Below are positions 1-9,066 of a stretch of DNA of 64,000 nucleotides, piece after piece. The notes under the pieces are model-generated. The model made no database searches. It saw nothing but the letters and a program-made list of their open reading frames with translations, and was not told the origin of the DNA. Location of the stretch: assembly GCA_965230955.1 (NCBI GenBank), contig OZ246404.1, forward strand, positions 417,184-481,183, in the 5' to 3' direction. Both the position numbers and the translations under genes were made by a program. This DNA comes from an uncultured Candidatus Saccharibacteria bacterium. Lineage in GTDB: Bacteria; Patescibacteriota; CALEFQ01. Position 1 is the first letter of the stretch; every line of letters starts with the position of its first letter.

Positions 1-2
1 TG

Positions 3-872
3 CTCGGGCGAACTCCGGAGATGATTGTGGCTTCCCGGCCGATGAAAGACGGCGTGATCGCCGATTATCGTGTGACGGAAGCCATGTTGCGCTATTTCAT
101 TTCCAAGGCGCTTGGCGGCGTCCGTTTCTTCCGCCCCGAAGTCATGATCGCCGTGCCGGCCGGTATTTCTTCGACTGAACGGCGGGCGGTTGAAGACGCG
201 GCCAAGCAGGCGGGCTCCAAAGCGACTTATATCATCAAAGAACCGGTGGCGGCGGCGATTGGCGCCGGTATTCCCATTGCCGATGCCTCGGGTAATATGA
301 TAATTGATATCGGCGGCGGCACGACCGAAGTTGCCATTATTTCGTTGGGCGGTATCGTTGCCTCGGACTCGGTACGAGTGGCGGGAAACAAATTAGACTT
401 GGCGATTTCGGAATATATTCGAAAAAAACACGGCCTGGCGATCGGCGAGCGTACGGCTGAAGATATTAAGGTCAGAATCGGCAACGCGATGTTGCCGGCG
501 GAAGACAGCGACGAGACGATTGAGACTATGGAAATCCGCGGGCGCGATATGGTCGCGGGATTGCCGAAAAATATAAATGTCACCTCAACCGAAGTCACCG
601 AAGCGATCCAAGACGAGCTGCGGGAAATTATTTTGGCGATCAAAAATGTCTTGCAGGAAACCCCTCCCGAGTTATCGGCGGATGTCATGGATAAGGGTAT
701 GGTCCTGTCCGGCGGTGGAGCTTTACTAAAAAATCTCGATAAACTGGTGGCGAAAATTACCGGCGTGCCGTGCTATGTGTCCGAAGATCCTCTCTTGAAC
801 GTGGCGCGCGGTACCGGCGTGGCGTTGGATAATTTGGATTCATATAAACGCAGTATTTTATCGGCGAAATAG
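3..872 (+). CDS. mreB: Rod shape-determining actin-like protein MreB/Mbl paralog (5'-truncated by window edge)
   Basis: RPMKDGVIAD, IKEPVAAAIGAG, DIGGGTTEVA and LSGGGALL motifs; frame is open to the window start (LGRTPEM). Confidence 0.95.
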   Translation, partial: LGRTPEMIVASRPMKDGVIADYRVTEAMLRYFISKALGGVRFFRPEVMIAVPAGISSTERRAVEDAAKQAGSKATYIIKEPVAAAIGAGIPIADASGNMIIDIGGGTTEVAIISLGGIVASDSVRVAGNKLDLAISEYIRKKHGLAIGERTAEDIKVRIGNAMLPAEDSDETIETMEIRGRDMVAGLPKNINVTSTEVTEAIQDELREIILAIKNVLQETPPELSADVMDKGMVLSGGGALLKNLDKLVAKITGVPCYVSEDPLLNVARGTGVALDNLDSYKRSILSAK

Positions 873-878
873 TTTTAC

Positions 879-939
879 GTCTTTGGTCTTTTGTCTTTAG
901 CCAAAGGCAACGACCAACGACCAAAGACCAAAGACTAAA
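879..939. repeat. Inverted heptamer array (GTCTTTG / GACCAAA family)
   Basis: gtctttg gtctttt gtcttta gcc-aaa-ggcaac gaccaac gaccaaa gaccaaa gactaaa. Confidence 0.85.
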
Positions 940-950
940 ACCCTCCCCTC

Positions 951-2069
951 ATGCTAATTGCCATCGACGCTTCTCGGGCGGCGAAAATAGAACGGACGGG
1001 GGTAGAGGAATATACCTACCAATTGATTCGGCATTTGTCGGCCATTGATCGGGAGACCCGGTATATTCTTTACACCGATCGCCCTTTGCCTGCGGAGCTG
1101 AAAGAAAATCTATCTTCTAACTTTCGGGTAAAAATTATACCCTTTTTTCGTTTTTGGACCCAATATCGTCTGCCGCTGGAGTTGCGGCGGGATAAACCCG
1201 ATATCGCCTGGTTTCCGGCTAGCGCCATGCCGATCGGTTATCGGGGGAGGTCGGTCGTCACCATCCATGGTTTGGAATTCGAATATTTCCCAGAAGCGTA
1301 CAGTTTCCGGGAGCGTCTTTACCTGCGCTGGTCGACGCGTTATGCCGTCCGTCGAGCCGTTAGAATTATGGCGGTATCGAATAATACCAAACAGGATTTG
1401 ATCAAACTATACCGGGCCGATCCCGCTCGGATTACCGTCGTGCCGAACGGTTACAGCCGTTATCAGCCGATGTCCGATGCCGGCGATTTGCTGAAAAAAC
1501 ACGATTTGTCGGTGAACCGGTATTTGATTTTTGCCGGTCGACTGGAATACCGAAAAAATATAAAACGTTTGATTGAAGCTTATAATAGCTTCCGGCTTAA
1601 TTCCGGCTGGGCCGGCAAGCTGGTTTTGTCGGGGAAACCGGGATTGGGCGGGGAGGAAATAACGGCGGCGGCCAAGAGTTCGCCTTTTGGCAAAGATATT
1701 ATTTTTTTGGGATATTTGCCAAAGCAAGAGCTGGCCACTTTGGTTCAGCGGGCCGGCGCCTTGGTTTATCCGTCGCTCTACGAAGGTTTCGGTTTGCCGG
1801 TTTTGGAAGCATTTGCCGTCGATACTCCGGTAATGTGTGCGCGAGTTTCTTCTTTGCCGGAAGTTGGGGGTGAGGCGGTCGTTTACGTTGATCCCAGAAA
1901 TGTTCTCGATATTGCAAAGGGGTTAAGAATTGTGGTGAGCGAGCCGAGGGAAAAAAGACGTGATCAGCGCCGCCGACAATTAGCTAAATTCAGCTGGGAG
2001 ATCAGTGCTTCGGGGGTGAAACGAGTCTTGACTGCGCCGGATGAAATTTTGCCCGTCCGGGAGCGTTAG
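951..2069 (+). CDS. Glycosyltransferase family 4 (GT-B)
   Basis: TGVEEY, VVTIHGL, GRLEYRKN and YPSLYEGFGLPVLEA (EX7E) motifs. Confidence 0.93.
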   Translation: MLIAIDASRAAKIERTGVEEYTYQLIRHLSAIDRETRYILYTDRPLPAELKENLSSNFRVKIIPFFRFWTQYRLPLELRRDKPDIAWFPASAMPIGYRGRSVVTIHGLEFEYFPEAYSFRERLYLRWSTRYAVRRAVRIMAVSNNTKQDLIKLYRADPARITVVPNGYSRYQPMSDAGDLLKKHDLSVNRYLIFAGRLEYRKNIKRLIEAYNSFRLNSGWAGKLVLSGKPGLGGEEITAAAKSSPFGKDIIFLGYLPKQELATLVQRAGALVYPSLYEGFGLPVLEAFAVDTPVMCARVSSLPEVGGEAVVYVDPRNVLDIAKGLRIVVSEPREKRRDQRRRQLAKFSWEISASGVKRVLTAPDEILPVRER

Positions 2070-2095
2070 CTTGTTGTCGTCTAATCAATAAACTT

Positions 2096-2257
2096 ATGAA
2101 TAAAATTGTTTTGGTTCTGATTATTGTGCTGGCTGTATTAGCGGCTATATTGCTAATCCGTTTGTGGACGCCGGAAGATGACTGGATTTGCCAAAACGGG
2201 CAGTGGGTCAAGCACGGAAACCCCAGTGCCTCGATGCCGACAACGGAATGTCGCTAA
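2096..2257 (+). CDS. 53-aa membrane-anchored small protein (EDxWICxNGxWVKHGxP type); absent from the ORF track
   Basis: Manual translation MNKIVLVLIIVLAVLAAILLIRLWTPEDDWICQNGQWVKHGNPSASMPTTECR; N-terminal TM helix; followed by a terminator. Confidence 0.8.
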   Translation: MNKIVLVLIIVLAVLAAILLIRLWTPEDDWICQNGQWVKHGNPSASMPTTECR

Positions 2258-2275
2258 GGCAGATTTGGCAGGCAA

Positions 2276-2308
2276 AAAGACGTAGCTTTGGGGCTATGTC
2301 TTTATTTT
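2276..2308 (+). terminator. Intrinsic terminator
   Basis: aaagacgtagc-tttggg-gctatgtcttt followed by atttt. Confidence 0.7.
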
Positions 2309-2319
2309 GTCAGAGGCTC

Positions 2320-2348
2320 TTGACAGAAATTTTACTATCTGCTAAGAT
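2320..2348 (+). promoter_or_regulatory. Sigma70-type promoter
   Basis: TTGACA (2320-2325), 17-nt spacer, TAAGAT (2343-2348) preceded by TGc. Confidence 0.75.
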
Positions 2349-2354
2349 GTCGTC

Positions 2355-2790
2355 ATGAATGCGAAGCAACGGTTGTTTAACCCGTCATAATGCTTAAACA
2401 TTCAACGGTGCCGCTCGTCTGATGAGCGGAAATTGGAGAGCAACCTATATGGTTGCGGCCGGTAGGTGATGCAAGTAAGGCTAAATACCTGAAAACAACC
2501 TCTATTCCGGCCAAAAAAAAGAGAAGGGCCCCAACGCTAACCAACACGGCATTCGGCATTGCGCCACTGACCAAATTTGGATTTTTAGCGGGGCCCTTAA
2601 TTTTTCTCCAATCATTAAAGAAGTTTTTCCCGAGTCGAGGCTCGGAATCCCGAAAGCGACTGTAGGCCGCTGGTGCTTACATCTTCGTCCTAAATAGGCG
2701 GGACATCTAGGTAAATGGGAGGTTATCCCACGGGAGTAATCCCAAAATTTTTGGCCCTTTTGCATTCGTGCGAAAGGGCCAGCTTTTTTT
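2355..2790 (+). ncRNA. Candidate large structured ncRNA of unknown family
   Basis: About 11 helices including a long-range stem 2432-2440/2604-2612; bounded by a promoter and a terminator; no credible ORF. Confidence 0.65.
2752..2790 (+). terminator. Intrinsic terminator with UUCG loop
   Basis: tggcccttttgca-ttcg-tgcgaaagggcca followed by gc and T7. Confidence 0.85.
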
Positions 2791-2837
2791 ATTCAACTAA
2801 AAACGCGGCTTAAGGCCGCGTCTTTAGTTCACGGTTA

Positions 2838-3470
2838 TTATTTTGTCCCAACCAATTGGACCGCATCGATTTCGGCCCATTCATTCGGAGCTTTGGTCGT
2901 GTCGAAGGTGACTTTTACGGTTTTGGTCTTGTAAGTCGCGCCGGTAACCGGGATCTGCAAGTAATTCAATCCGCGGGTAGTGTCGACGCCGGACCATACT
3001 TCGTGCCAGGTGCCGGTGGTATCTTTGAGTTCCACTTTGGTAACGCAACCGCTACCGTAGCTTTCGCGAATGCGGACGGCAGTCGGCGTGACGGCGGTAT
3101 TGTAGCTTAATTCGAGATATTCGTGCCCGCCGTTCTTTTCGGCCGGGGCCCAGGCATTGCCGTGATCGCCGTAAACATCAATGTTTGGTTGTCCGGTGGC
3201 ATGAGTCGGGGACCAGGAGGCCATACCGGTAGCATTGCCGTAAGTTGAGGAAGCTACGGCGCTGATGGCCCATTCGCCGTTTTTGTCGACGAGAATAGCG
3301 CTGTCAGCTTCGGTGACACTGGCGGTGGTGGTGGGGGTAGCGGTCACAGTCGCAGCCGGGGTCGTAGTAGCGGCGGGAGTTTGAGTCGTCTGTGTCGTGC
3401 TGCAGCCGAAACCGGCTAAAACCAGCACGCCGGCAATGATCACCGGCAGGAGGAAGAGTTTCTTGCTCAT
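2838..3470 (-). CDS. Putative lipoprotein with Thr-rich linker and galactose-binding-like (discoidin-type) C-terminal domain
   Basis: Lipobox-like LAGFGC; TTTPAATVTATPTTT linker; WAxxAxASSxY...WS...ATGxPN...GD...AWAP...EYLELxY pattern. Confidence 0.7.
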   Translation of the reverse strand: MSKKLFLLPVIIAGVLVLAGFGCSTTQTTQTPAATTTPAATVTATPTTTASVTEADSAILVDKNGEWAISAVASSTYGNATGMASWSPTHATGQPNIDVYGDHGNAWAPAEKNGGHEYLELSYNTAVTPTAVRIRESYGSGCVTKVELKDTTGTWHEVWSGVDTTRGLNYLQIPVTGATYKTKTVKVTFDTTKAPNEWAEIDAVQLVGTK

Positions 3471-3569
3471 GTGTGTTTTTGATTAGATTAATAATTGTTT
3501 TTAGTATAGCATACCGGCATAAACCGGGCAAAATAATAATTTGCGCAAAACCCCGGCTCGTGTTAAATT

Positions 3570-4508
3570 ATGACCATGGATAACACGGCGATTATCGGAC
3601 ATCAGCATATCTGCCGGTTTTTAGAAAATGCTCTGGAAAAGCATAAAGAGAGCCATGCGTATTTATTTTTAGGCCAATCACTGGTTGGCAAGGGGACGGT
3701 GGCGCGATGGTTTTCCTCCCGTATTTCCGGTCAGGCGCCGGCGGGCCAAAACTTGATCTGGCTGGATCCGGAAAAAGGCATAAAAATATCCGACATCAGG
3801 AAATTACGCAGTGGCCTCAGCCTCACTAATCCTTTTGGCGGATTTCGGGTGGCTGTTTTGCGACGGGCGGAAGAGATGACTCCGGAAGCCCAAAACGCTT
3901 TTCTGAAAATTTTGGAAGAGCCGAAAACGGCCGTGGTTTTTATCCTGACAGCCGAGACAATTCAGGGTCTATTGCCCACAATTATTTCTCGAGTGCAAAT
4001 AATCAGATTCACGCCGGTTCCGACCAAAGTTATCAGTGCCGCTTTGCAAAGCCGGGGAATTCCGGCTCCGGCGGCGCATAAAGCCGCTCAATTATCATTG
4101 GGCTGCCCGGGGAAAGCCCGGTTGCTCTGTCAGGGAGAAAATTTGCCTCAGGCCGAAGAACGCCCCCGCGAAATTATCAATCTTTTTTCCTTACTCCCGC
4201 ACCAGCGTTTCAAACTGGTTTATAGTATTTTAGAGTCCGGGCGGATTGATACCTTTTTGGATACGGCCGAGGGTGTCTGGCGGGATCTCTGGCTGTGGCA
4301 AAAGGGAAACCGTCTCGGCCTGGTCAATCTTGGCCTGCAATCCGAAATAGCGGCGCTGTCCTCTCAGGTTAGCTCTGAACAAATCGCCCTGGGTTTACAC
4401 GAAATCAGGCACTGGCGCTATCTCCGGGATCGAAACGTGAATAAAAAGCTGTCGTTGGAACGGCTCATGCTCAAATCTTTTCCTAGTAAAATTAATCAAA
4501 ATAAGTAA
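3570..4508 (+). CDS. holB: DNA polymerase III subunit delta'
   Basis: IIGHQ, HAYLFLG..VGK, AQNAFLKILEEP, LLPTIISR. Confidence 0.88.
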   Translation: MTMDNTAIIGHQHICRFLENALEKHKESHAYLFLGQSLVGKGTVARWFSSRISGQAPAGQNLIWLDPEKGIKISDIRKLRSGLSLTNPFGGFRVAVLRRAEEMTPEAQNAFLKILEEPKTAVVFILTAETIQGLLPTIISRVQIIRFTPVPTKVISAALQSRGIPAPAAHKAAQLSLGCPGKARLLCQGENLPQAEERPREIINLFSLLPHQRFKLVYSILESGRIDTFLDTAEGVWRDLWLWQKGNRLGLVNLGLQSEIAALSSQVSSEQIALGLHEIRHWRYLRDRNVNKKLSLERLMLKSFPSKINQNK

Positions 4509-4517
4509 AACAAATTT

Positions 4518-5570
4518 ATGAAATGGCGTTTTTCTTTTTTACTTCCGATTATGGCTCTGGCCCTTTTGTTAATGGGAACCAGTTGGATACCCACCTGTGA
4601 TCGCACTTCTGACGGCGGCGTGTTCAAATCAACTGATAACGGCTATACTTGGCAGCAAAAAAACACCATCGGCGAAAAGGAAAACTTGAATCAAGCCGAG
4701 ATTTTATCGTTGAAAATTGATCCGAATAATTCGGCGGTGATTTATTCCGGCGTGAAAGGCAAGGGTTTATACAAAACTATCGATGCCGGCGATAGTTGGC
4801 GGCGGGTCGTGCCGATCGATAGCGATATTCACGCTATCGCGGTTGACGCCAAAGACAGTAATTTGGTTTATGCCGCGTCGCTGGAGGCGACCATCGGTAA
4901 AATCTACAAATCGCCCAATGCTTTCGAGGAAACGATCGAAGAAATCCTGGTTGATCCCCGGAGCGGTCAAGCTTTGATGGATATCGTGATTGATTCATAT
5001 GATTCGAGCCGGATTTATACCATTTCGGAACAGGGCGGCATTTACAAAAGTACCGATTTCGGCAGCACTTGGGCGGCCAAGTATTGGGCCAAGGACAAGC
5101 TTAATCGGGTGCGCCTGAGCCCGTCCGATAGCCGCGTGGTTTATGTCAGTTCGACCGGCAACGGACTGCTAAAAAGTATTGACGGCGGAGAGACCTGGAC
5201 TGAAATCAAAGAGTCTTTGTCGAAATTTCCCGGCGCGCAAAAGATCCATGATTTAGTGGTTTTGAGCAATGAGCTGGTTTATATCGCGACCGATTACGGA
5301 CTGCTGAAATCAATCAATGGCGGAAACAATTGGGAACAAGTCCGCACTTTGATTGCGCCGGAAAAAGTTCCGATTACCGCCATGACGGTTGATCCGGTCG
5401 ATTCCAATATTATCTTCTTTTCCGCGGCGTCTTCTATTCATAAAACAGTGAACGGCGGTGCCACCTGGGCTGATTGGCTGTTGCCGACCGCTCGTCAGGT
5501 CAGCACTCTGGTGCTGGATCCTAAATCGTCGGAAGTGATTTATGCCGGGACTATCAAAGTAAAAAAATAA
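4518..5570 (+). CDS. Secreted BNR/Asp-box beta-propeller protein (Ycf48/VPS10-like)
   Basis: Signal peptide; repeated (G)xYKSxDxGxTW Asp-boxes. Confidence 0.8.
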   Translation: MKWRFSFLLPIMALALLLMGTSWIPTCDRTSDGGVFKSTDNGYTWQQKNTIGEKENLNQAEILSLKIDPNNSAVIYSGVKGKGLYKTIDAGDSWRRVVPIDSDIHAIAVDAKDSNLVYAASLEATIGKIYKSPNAFEETIEEILVDPRSGQALMDIVIDSYDSSRIYTISEQGGIYKSTDFGSTWAAKYWAKDKLNRVRLSPSDSRVVYVSSTGNGLLKSIDGGETWTEIKESLSKFPGAQKIHDLVVLSNELVYIATDYGLLKSINGGNNWEQVRTLIAPEKVPITAMTVDPVDSNIIFFSAASSIHKTVNGGATWADWLLPTARQVSTLVLDPKSSEVIYAGTIKVKK

Positions 5571-5576
5571 ATTCAT

Positions 5577-6119
5577 ATGGACAGCGAGAAAAATTTCAAA
5601 CAACAATGCCAAAAAGCGCTGGAGCATTTTGAAGCCGAACTGGGGAAAATTCGCACCGGGCGGGCCAATCCGTCTTTGGTGGAGGATTTGCCGGTAGATT
5701 ATTACGGGACTCCGACCCCGTTGAAGCAGATTGCTTCGGTCTCGACGCCGGAGCCCAGGATGATTTTGATTCAGCCCTGGGACAGAAACGCCGCCGCCGG
5801 TATCGAGAAGGCGATTCAAAAAGCCAATCTCGGCCTGAACCCTTCGAATGAAGGCGACAAAATCAGGATTGCTTTGCCGCCGTTGACGGAAGAGACGCGG
5901 CGCGATATGGCCAAAATGGTCAAAGAAAAAAAAGAGGCGGCCAAAATCGCCGTTCGGAGTCTGCGGGAAGAAGCGATTGAAGAAGTGGAAGGCCAGTCTG
6001 GTGTTTCGGAAGACCAGATCGAAAGCACCAAGGAAAAAATTCAGAAACAAGTCGATGAGCATAACGAAAAGATTGACAGTCTGGGCGACGGAAAAGAGAA
6101 GGAGATAATGACAATCTGA
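5577..6119 (+). CDS. frr: Ribosome recycling factor
   Basis: IRTGRANPSL, IQPWD, LPPLTEETR. Confidence 0.96.
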   Translation: MDSEKNFKQQCQKALEHFEAELGKIRTGRANPSLVEDLPVDYYGTPTPLKQIASVSTPEPRMILIQPWDRNAAAGIEKAIQKANLGLNPSNEGDKIRIALPPLTEETRRDMAKMVKEKKEAAKIAVRSLREEAIEEVEGQSGVSEDQIESTKEKIQKQVDEHNEKIDSLGDGKEKEIMTI

Positions 6120-6120
6120 G

Positions 6121-6136
6121 CCTGCCTGCCGGCAGG
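6121..6136 (+). repeat. REP-like mini-palindrome (CCTG + CCTGCCGGCAGG)
   Basis: Tetranucleotide followed by a perfect 12-bp palindrome. Confidence 0.6.
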
Positions 6137-6216
6137 TCAAAAGTCAAAAGGCAAAAGTATAAATTTAGGGGAGGAAGTTTAACTTTTGACTTTTGAGTTT
6201 TGACTTTTTACTTTTT
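6137..6216. repeat. Inverted heptamer array (TCAAAAG / CTTTTGA family)
   Basis: tcaaaag tcaaaag gcaaaag ... ttttaac ttttgac ttttgag ttttgac tttttac. Confidence 0.85.
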
Positions 6217-6220
6217 ATTT

Positions 6221-7342
6221 ATGATTATTGTTACCATCATTGTTTTTGTCGTCATTCTCGGGATTTTGATTTTTGTCCATGAATTGGGGCATTTTATTGC
6301 GGCCAAAAAAATGGGCGTGCGGGTGGAGGAATTCGGATTCGGTTTTCCGCCCCGAATTTTCGGTATAAAGAGGGGCGAAACGGAATACACGATCAACTGG
6401 ATTCCCATCGGCGGTTTTGTGAAAATGACCGGTCAGAGCGATTTTGAAGTGAACGATCACGGCAAAGCCAAGGCTGATCCGCGAAGTTTTGTCTCAAAAA
6501 AACCGTGGCGGCGCGTCATTATTTTGTGCGCCGGGGTGGGCATGAATTTCTTGTTGGCGGCGGTTTTGCTGTCGATCGGATTCATGGTCGGTTTACCCTC
6601 GGCCGTCGGCGATAATCTGCCGGCCGGCGCCCGGGTCAGCGATCAGCGGATCCAAATACTGGCGGCGACCTCCGGTTCGCCGGCGGAAGCGGCGGAATTT
6701 CGTTCGGGCGACACCATCTTGAGTCTAGACGAGGTGGCGCCGGAGAGCGTGGTCGCAGTTCAGGAATATGTCCAGCAGAGCATCGATCGGCCGGTGACGG
6801 TAAAAATTGAACGCGGGACGGAAATTATCGATAAAGAAGTTACGCCGCGCGGGGATGCGCCCGAGGGCGAAGGCCCGCTGGGAATCACCCTGGCGGAAAC
6901 CGCGCGGGTGTCTTTCCCTTGGTATCAGGCGATTTGGCAGGGAATCAAGGCGACCGGCGATCTGACCGTGCAAATTGTAGTCGCTTTCGGAAAATTGATC
7001 GGCTCGCTCTTCACTACCGGCCAAGTTTCCGGCGACGTGGCGGGACCGATTGGGATCGCCGTTCTCACCGGCCAGGTGACCAAGCTCGGTTTTGTCTATG
7101 TCTTGCAATTCACGGCTTTGCTGAGTATCAATTTGGCGATCATCAATATCTTGCCTTTTCCGGCGCTGGATGGCGGACACCTACTCTTCTTATTGATCGA
7201 AAAAATCCGCGGCGGGAAGACAATGAAACAGGCCAAGGTGGAAAATATCATTCATCTGGTCGGATTCGCGTTTTTGCTTTTATTGATCGCCCTGGTGACT
7301 TATCGAGATCTCGGCAAGTTTTGGGGTAAAATTTTCGGATAG
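6221..7342 (+). CDS. rseP: RIP metalloprotease RseP (M50, PDZ)
   Basis: HELGH, PIGGFV, GPIGI and NILPFPALDGG; start set at ATG 6221 because the upstream TTG lies inside a repeat. Confidence 0.94.
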   Translation: MIIVTIIVFVVILGILIFVHELGHFIAAKKMGVRVEEFGFGFPPRIFGIKRGETEYTINWIPIGGFVKMTGQSDFEVNDHGKAKADPRSFVSKKPWRRVIILCAGVGMNFLLAAVLLSIGFMVGLPSAVGDNLPAGARVSDQRIQILAATSGSPAEAAEFRSGDTILSLDEVAPESVVAVQEYVQQSIDRPVTVKIERGTEIIDKEVTPRGDAPEGEGPLGITLAETARVSFPWYQAIWQGIKATGDLTVQIVVAFGKLIGSLFTTGQVSGDVAGPIGIAVLTGQVTKLGFVYVLQFTALLSINLAIINILPFPALDGGHLLFLLIEKIRGGKTMKQAKVENIIHLVGFAFLLLLIALVTYRDLGKFWGKIFG

Positions 7343-7368
7343 TTGATTTATAATCTTTCCATAAATTT

Positions 7369-9066
7369 ATGAAAGTTTCTCGTCTTTTCGGCAAGACCGT
7401 CAAAAAAGCTCCCACTGATATCCAGGTGGCCAGCCATAAGTTTTTGTATCAGGGCGGATTTATCCGCGAATTGGTGGCGGGGCGATATGAATTTTTGCCG
7501 TTGGGATTCAAAGTCTGGGAAAAAGTTTTGCGGATCATAGACGAAGAGATGAAAAAAATCGAGGCCCAGCGCGTGCTGACGCCGACTCTGCATCCGATCG
7601 AAATTTGGAAAGAAACCAATCGCGATCAGGCCTATGGCGCGGCGTTGATGCGCGTCAAAGACCGGCGGGGCGCCGAATTCGCCTTGGGTGCCACCGGGGA
7701 AGGTATTTTCGTCGATCTGGTGCGTAAATTCAAACCGTCTTACAAAGATTTGCCGATTTATCTTTACCAGTTCAGTGATAAATTCCGCGATGAAACGAGA
7801 GCGCGCGGCGGTCTGTTGCGGGTGCGGGAATTCACCATGAAAGACGCTTATTCTTTTGATCGGACCGAGAAAGATTTCCTGAAAACGTACAAGATTTTCT
7901 GGCAATCATATCTGGATATCGCCAAACGTTTTGATTTGCCGGTGATCGTGGTGGAATCGGATAACGGAGAGCTGGGCGGGGATTACGCCCATGAATTCAT
8001 GGTTGCTTCCGAAGTCGGCGAAGATACCGTTTTGAAATGCTCATGCGGTTACGCGGCCAATCTGGAGCGAGCCGAGTTCCGGCGGGATGAGAAAAATTTA
8101 TCCGAGGAGATGAAGGAAATGAAAGTGCAAGCGGCTCAGCGCGGTCCGACTATCGCTGACGGCGTGAAATTATACGGCCAGCCGGCCTGGCATCAAATCA
8201 AAACAGTGGTCTACGCCACGGAGCGGGGTGAGTTTTTGGCGGTGGCTTTGCGCGGCGACTTGGAGATAAACGAGGTCAAATTGAAACGATTGGTGCGGGC
8301 GAATAATTTGCGCCCGGCGACCGAAGCCGAAATCGCCCAATTGGGCAGTGTGGTCGGATTTATTTCGCCGTTGAAATTGAAGATCAAAAAAATCGGCGAT
8401 CTGTCTCTTCGCACCGTCCGTAATTTTTCGACCGGAGCCGATAAATTGCACCGAGATACCGTCAATGTTAATTTCCCGCGCGATTTTCAGGTTGACCTTG
8501 AGGGCGATGTCGCCAACGCGCCTGCGGGCAGTATCTGCGCTCGCTGTCAGACCGGCAAGCTCACGGCTTTGTCGACGGTCGAGTGGGGCAATATTTTCAA
8601 GTATGACACTTTTTATACCAAGCCGATGCAAGGGGTTTTCGTTGACGAAGACGGGACGGAGAAAGAACTCTGGATGGGCGCTTACGGCATAGGTTTGGGG
8701 CGCACCATTGCGACGATTATCGAAACTCATCATGACGCCAAGGGTATTATCTGGCCCAAAGAGGTGGCTCCTTATCAGATCCACTTGGTAACGGTCGGGC
8801 ATGACCCCAGGGTTGCCAAGGAAAGCCAGATGGTTTATGATACTTTGATCCAAAACGGCTGGGAAGTGCTCTGGGATGATCGCGATGTTTCGCCGGGATG
8901 CAAGTTTGCTGACGCTGATTTGATCGGGATTCCGCTCCGTTTGGTGATCAGTCCAAAAACACTGGATAAGCAAAGCTATGAATGGAAAGAGCGGTCGCAG
9001 TCAGAGATCAAAATGATAAAAACCGGCGAATTAATACCGTTAGTTAAAAAATATTATCAACGCTAA
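7369..9066 (+). CDS. proS: Proline--tRNA ligase (bacterial type with INS editing domain)
   Basis: KFRDETRARGGLLRVREFTMKDAYSF, MGAYGIGLGR, KFADADLIGIP. Confidence 0.96.
   Translation: MKVSRLFGKTVKKAPTDIQVASHKFLYQGGFIRELVAGRYEFLPLGFKVWEKVLRIIDEEMKKIEAQRVLTPTLHPIEIWKETNRDQAYGAALMRVKDRRGAEFALGATGEGIFVDLVRKFKPSYKDLPIYLYQFSDKFRDETRARGGLLRVREFTMKDAYSFDRTEKDFLKTYKIFWQSYLDIAKRFDLPVIVVESDNGELGGDYAHEFMVASEVGEDTVLKCSCGYAANLERAEFRRDEKNLSEEMKEMKVQAAQRGPTIADGVKLYGQPAWHQIKTVVYATERGEFLAVALRGDLEINEVKLKRLVRANNLRPATEAEIAQLGSVVGFISPLKLKIKKIGDLSLRTVRNFSTGADKLHRDTVNVNFPRDFQVDLEGDVANAPAGSICARCQTGKLTALSTVEWGNIFKYDTFYTKPMQGVFVDEDGTEKELWMGAYGIGLGRTIATIIETHHDAKGIIWPKEVAPYQIHLVTVGHDPRVAKESQMVYDTLIQNGWEVLWDDRDVSPGCKFADADLIGIPLRLVISPKTLDKQSYEWKERSQSEIKMIKTGELIPLVKKYYQR

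Noticed and set aside
2419-2432. CUGAUGA...GAAA hammerhead-like core inside the candidate ncRNA
   Set aside because: Only 3 nt separate the motifs, so stem II cannot form, and the segment is better explained by the ccgctc/gagcgg hairpin
2377-2765. Short ORFs 2453-2665 (+), 2377-2574 (-) and 2502-2765 (-)
   Set aside because: Non-ATG starts, no recognisable motifs and mutually overlapping; they cross a strongly base-paired region
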